Below, in pieces: positions 44,356-46,268 of a stretch of DNA of 46,268 nt (its first letter is position 1; the number at the start of each line of letters is the position of its first letter). The notes beneath the pieces are model-generated. The model saw nothing but the letters and a program-made list of their open reading frames with translations, did not search any database and was not told the origin of the DNA. The DNA is from Candidatus Woesearchaeota archaeon. Lineage in GTDB: Archaea > Nanobdellota > Nanobdellia > Tiddalikarchaeales > Tiddalikarchaeaceae. The translations under genes were made by a program, and so were the position numbers. Location: contig CAZMEY010000001.1 of NCBI GenBank assembly GCA_964565435.1, positions 1 to 46,268 on the forward strand. Reading direction: 5' to 3'.

Positions 44356-44904
44356 ATGGATACTAAAAATTACACTATGGAAATTGTGCTGGAGCTTTTG
44401 AAATCCCCTTGCCATGCAGGAGAGTTGGCAAGAAAATTTAATTTAAGCCGCGCCGGAGCCCTTAAAATATTGTCTAATCTTTCCAAAAAAAATACTGTTG
44501 ACTATAAAATTGAAGGAAGGAATAAGATTTATAGCTTGAAAAAAACATTAGAGGCGAGAAGCATTATCTTTATTTCAGAGCATTATAAGCTTCTTAATAT
44601 AATAAGCCAGTATCCTGTTTTGCGTGGCATTTTTGAAAAAATCCAAAATGATAATAAAATAAGGATTGCTTTATTGTTTGGAAGTTATGCCAAAAGCTTG
44701 GCTGGCAAAGATAGTGATATAGATATTTATATTGATTCAGAGGATTCAAGCATAAAGAAAAGTGTTGAGAGGTTAAATTCAAAAATCAGCGCCAAAATAG
44801 GGAATTATAATGAAGATAGTCTATTAATAAGGGAAATAAATAAAAATCATGTTATAATAAAAGGAGCTGAACAATATTATGGAAAAAGAAAATTTTTGGG
44901 CTAA
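44356..44904 (+). CDS. wHTH-fused minimal nucleotidyltransferase (MNT-like, antitoxin-type)
   Basis: N-terminal HTH (HAGELARKFNLSRAGALKILSNLSKKNTV) and NTase motif LFGSYAKSLAGKDSDIDIYI. Confidence 0.8.
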   Translation: MDTKNYTMEIVLELLKSPCHAGELARKFNLSRAGALKILSNLSKKNTVDYKIEGRNKIYSLKKTLEARSIIFISEHYKLLNIISQYPVLRGIFEKIQNDNKIRIALLFGSYAKSLAGKDSDIDIYIDSEDSSIKKSVERLNSKISAKIGNYNEDSLLIREINKNHVIIKGAEQYYGKRKFLG

Positions 44905-45358
44905 GCTGAAAAAAGAAGATAAATTAAAGATGGTTGAGCCAAGCGACGAAATAAAAGAATCTTATATTAAAAAGTCTGAAAGCAATGCCTTGGCTGCGAA
45001 AATACTTTTTGATAATAATATGCTTGAGGAAGCAGTAACTATAATTTATTATAGTATGTATAATATTTTGACAGCCTTATTTTTCAAAGCAGGGATAAAA
45101 TCAGAAAATCACAATGCATCAATACTTATATTGAGCATTATTTTTGGAAAAGATAACAGATTGATTTCGCATGCCAAAAAAGAGAGAATTGATAAGCAAT
45201 ATTATGTGGATTTTAATATAAGTATGGAGCAGGTTATGGAAACTATTAAAGAAGCAGAAGAATTCAATTCTGAATTGCTTGATTATATTGAAAAAATACC
45301 TAATAATGAAGTGCAATTAATAAGAAAAAAATTTTCAGACTTTTTGAAAAAATATTGA
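44879..45358 (+). CDS. HEPN-domain protein (partner of the MNT)
   Basis: 159 aa, helical, and overlapping the MNT gene by 26 nt. The pattern SESNALAAKILF...AVTIIYYSMYNILTALFFKAGIKSENH is typical of HEPN partners of MNTs. The canonical Rx4-6H is not obvious. Confidence 0.65.
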   Translation: MEKENFWAKLKKEDKLKMVEPSDEIKESYIKKSESNALAAKILFDNNMLEEAVTIIYYSMYNILTALFFKAGIKSENHNASILILSIIFGKDNRLISHAKKERIDKQYYVDFNISMEQVMETIKEAEEFNSELLDYIEKIPNNEVQLIRKKFSDFLKKY

Positions 45359-45401
45359 ATGGCAAACTTTTTTAAGCAATTCATTTACTTATTTAATCAT
45401 T

Positions 45402-45474
45402 GGGCCCATGGTCTAGCGGTTATGACGTCGCCCTTACAAGGCGAATGTCGCCGGTTCAAATCCGGCTGGGCCCA
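45402..45474 (+). tRNA. tRNA-Val (anticodon UAC)
   Basis: Acceptor GGGCCCA/TGGGCCC, anticodon stem TCGCC/GGCGA, loop CTTACAA, T arm GCCGG-TTCAAAT-CCGGC. Confidence 0.9.
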
Positions 45475-45486
45475 TAATATCATTGC

Positions 45487-45515
45487 CAGCCGCATTCGAA
45501 ATCCGGCTGGGTCCA
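45487..45515 (+). repeat. Decayed duplicate of the tRNA-Val(UAC) 3' end, able to form a 7-bp hairpin
   Basis: aaatccggctgggtcca copies aaatccggctgggccca (45458-45474) with one mismatch. Upstream, ccagccg pairs with cggctgg. Confidence 0.55.
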
Positions 45516-45524
45516 CTAATTATT

Positions 45525-45599
45525 GGGCTCGTGGTCTAGCCCGGTTATGACGCCACCCTCACACGGTGGATGCCGTGAGTTCAAATCTCACCGAGCCCA
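45525..45599 (+). tRNA. tRNA-Val (anticodon CAC)
   Basis: Acceptor GGGCTCG/CGAGCCC, anticodon stem CCACC/GGTGG, loop CTCACAC, T arm GTGAG-TTCAAAT-CTCAC. Confidence 0.9.
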
Positions 45600-45641
45600 T
45601 TTCCACTAAGATTTATATATTAAAGAATAATTAATTTACTT

Positions 45642-46268
45642 ATGAAAAAAAGCTTTTTTTTAATAATGGCATTAATTGCTTTCCCAATGAGCTTTGGCTA
45701 TGAGCCAATATTCAAAGATTTATGCTCAAATCTTTCAGCAATCAACCTTGATTTCAATGATTCAAATATAAATATAAGCTACCAGAATCTTACAGAGTTC
45801 CCTAAAGAGGTTTTGGACATATTAAATTCCAAGATACACAATAACAGCGATTTGACAACCTTGCTTAAAGGATTAGGGGAGGTCACTTTCAGCGCAGAGA
45901 TAAATTATAACACCACTTCATGCTTTAGCGGAAGCATAGCTTTCAAGAATTCATCAATAGTTTCATTAAAGCTTGAGCCTGACGAGCTAAAAGGAACAAA
46001 TAACAGCCACATTTATTTCCATGCTGAATTGGTCAATTTAGAATCAATAATAAATGACATAATTGCTTTTTCCAAAAAAACCAATCCCGGATTTTTTGAA
46101 ACAATTTCTGTTGGAGCAAAAACTTTTGGAGCAGTAATCTTCGGATTTTTTAGAAATGACCTATCTGTCAAGCCAATTACTGGATTATTAAAAGTCATTG
46201 ATTTATTGAAGGTTTTGCCTGAACTTCAGGCAAGCCAGGCAATGGCCCAAGCAATCAATTCAACAATG
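45642..46268 (+). CDS. 5' part of a secreted/membrane-anchored hypothetical protein (open to the window end; not in the ORF track)
   Basis: ATG 45642 opens a frame that runs 209 codons to the window edge. The N-terminus is signal-peptide-like (MKKSFFLIMALIAFPMSFG), and there are many N-x-S/T sequons. Confidence 0.55.
   Translation, partial: MKKSFFLIMALIAFPMSFGYEPIFKDLCSNLSAINLDFNDSNINISYQNLTEFPKEVLDILNSKIHNNSDLTTLLKGLGEVTFSAEINYNTTSCFSGSIAFKNSSIVSLKLEPDELKGTNNSHIYFHAELVNLESIINDIIAFSKKTNPGFFETISVGAKTFGAVIFGFFRNDLSVKPITGLLKVIDLLKVLPELQASQAMAQAINSTM

Noticed and set aside
45359-45550. 63-aa plus-strand ORF in the track.
   Set aside because: It runs straight through tRNA-Val(UAC), the tRNA fragment and the start of tRNA-Val(CAC), so it is spurious.

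Overview
This is an AT-rich, tightly packed archaeal chromosomal segment. Many adjacent genes share 4-nt ATGA start/stop overlaps. The gene content is archaeal information processing: PolD DP2 and DP1, Orc1/Cdc6, archaeal DnaG, RPA, aIF5A, aRF1, aCPSF1, a histone, proteasome beta, and Ser/Gly/Met/Val tRNA synthetases. Proteins are generally short, and together this suggests a reduced-genome, DPANN-like archaeon; that assignment is inference only, with no search run. RNA genes read from the sequence are tRNA-Ile(GAU), an intron-containing tRNA-Ser(GCU), tRNA-Val(UAC), tRNA-Val(CAC) and a probable SRP (7S) RNA. I saw no rRNA, CRISPR array, integrase or transposase. A replication origin is predicted next to orc1/cdc6: inverted ORB-like boxes, including a 24-bp exact repeat, flank an almost pure A/T stretch. 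The best candidate for something undescribed is a two-gene, translationally coupled module (15923-17319) directly abutting orc1/cdc6. It encodes an acidic orphan protein plus a short paralog of the PolD small subunit (DP1) phosphoesterase that keeps all catalytic motifs but lacks the OB-fold region. Other items worth a second look:
- An in-frame TAA splits the C-terminal tRNA-binding domain of MetRS.
- A multiply frameshifted small Toprim gene lies upstream of dnaG.
- A very AT-rich Fic (AMPylase) islet has a perfect 23-bp palindrome at its start.
- A wHTH-nucleotidyltransferase/HEPN pair sits between tRNA genes.
- Two decayed duplicates of tRNA 3' ends lie just downstream of their parent tRNAs.
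- There are two separate pairs of tandem paralogous orphan genes.
- An MccF/LD-carboxypeptidase-like gene lies next to glyS.
- A ThyA gene carries a long N-terminal extension.
All family assignments come from motif recognition by eye. No database search, folding or statistics were run.
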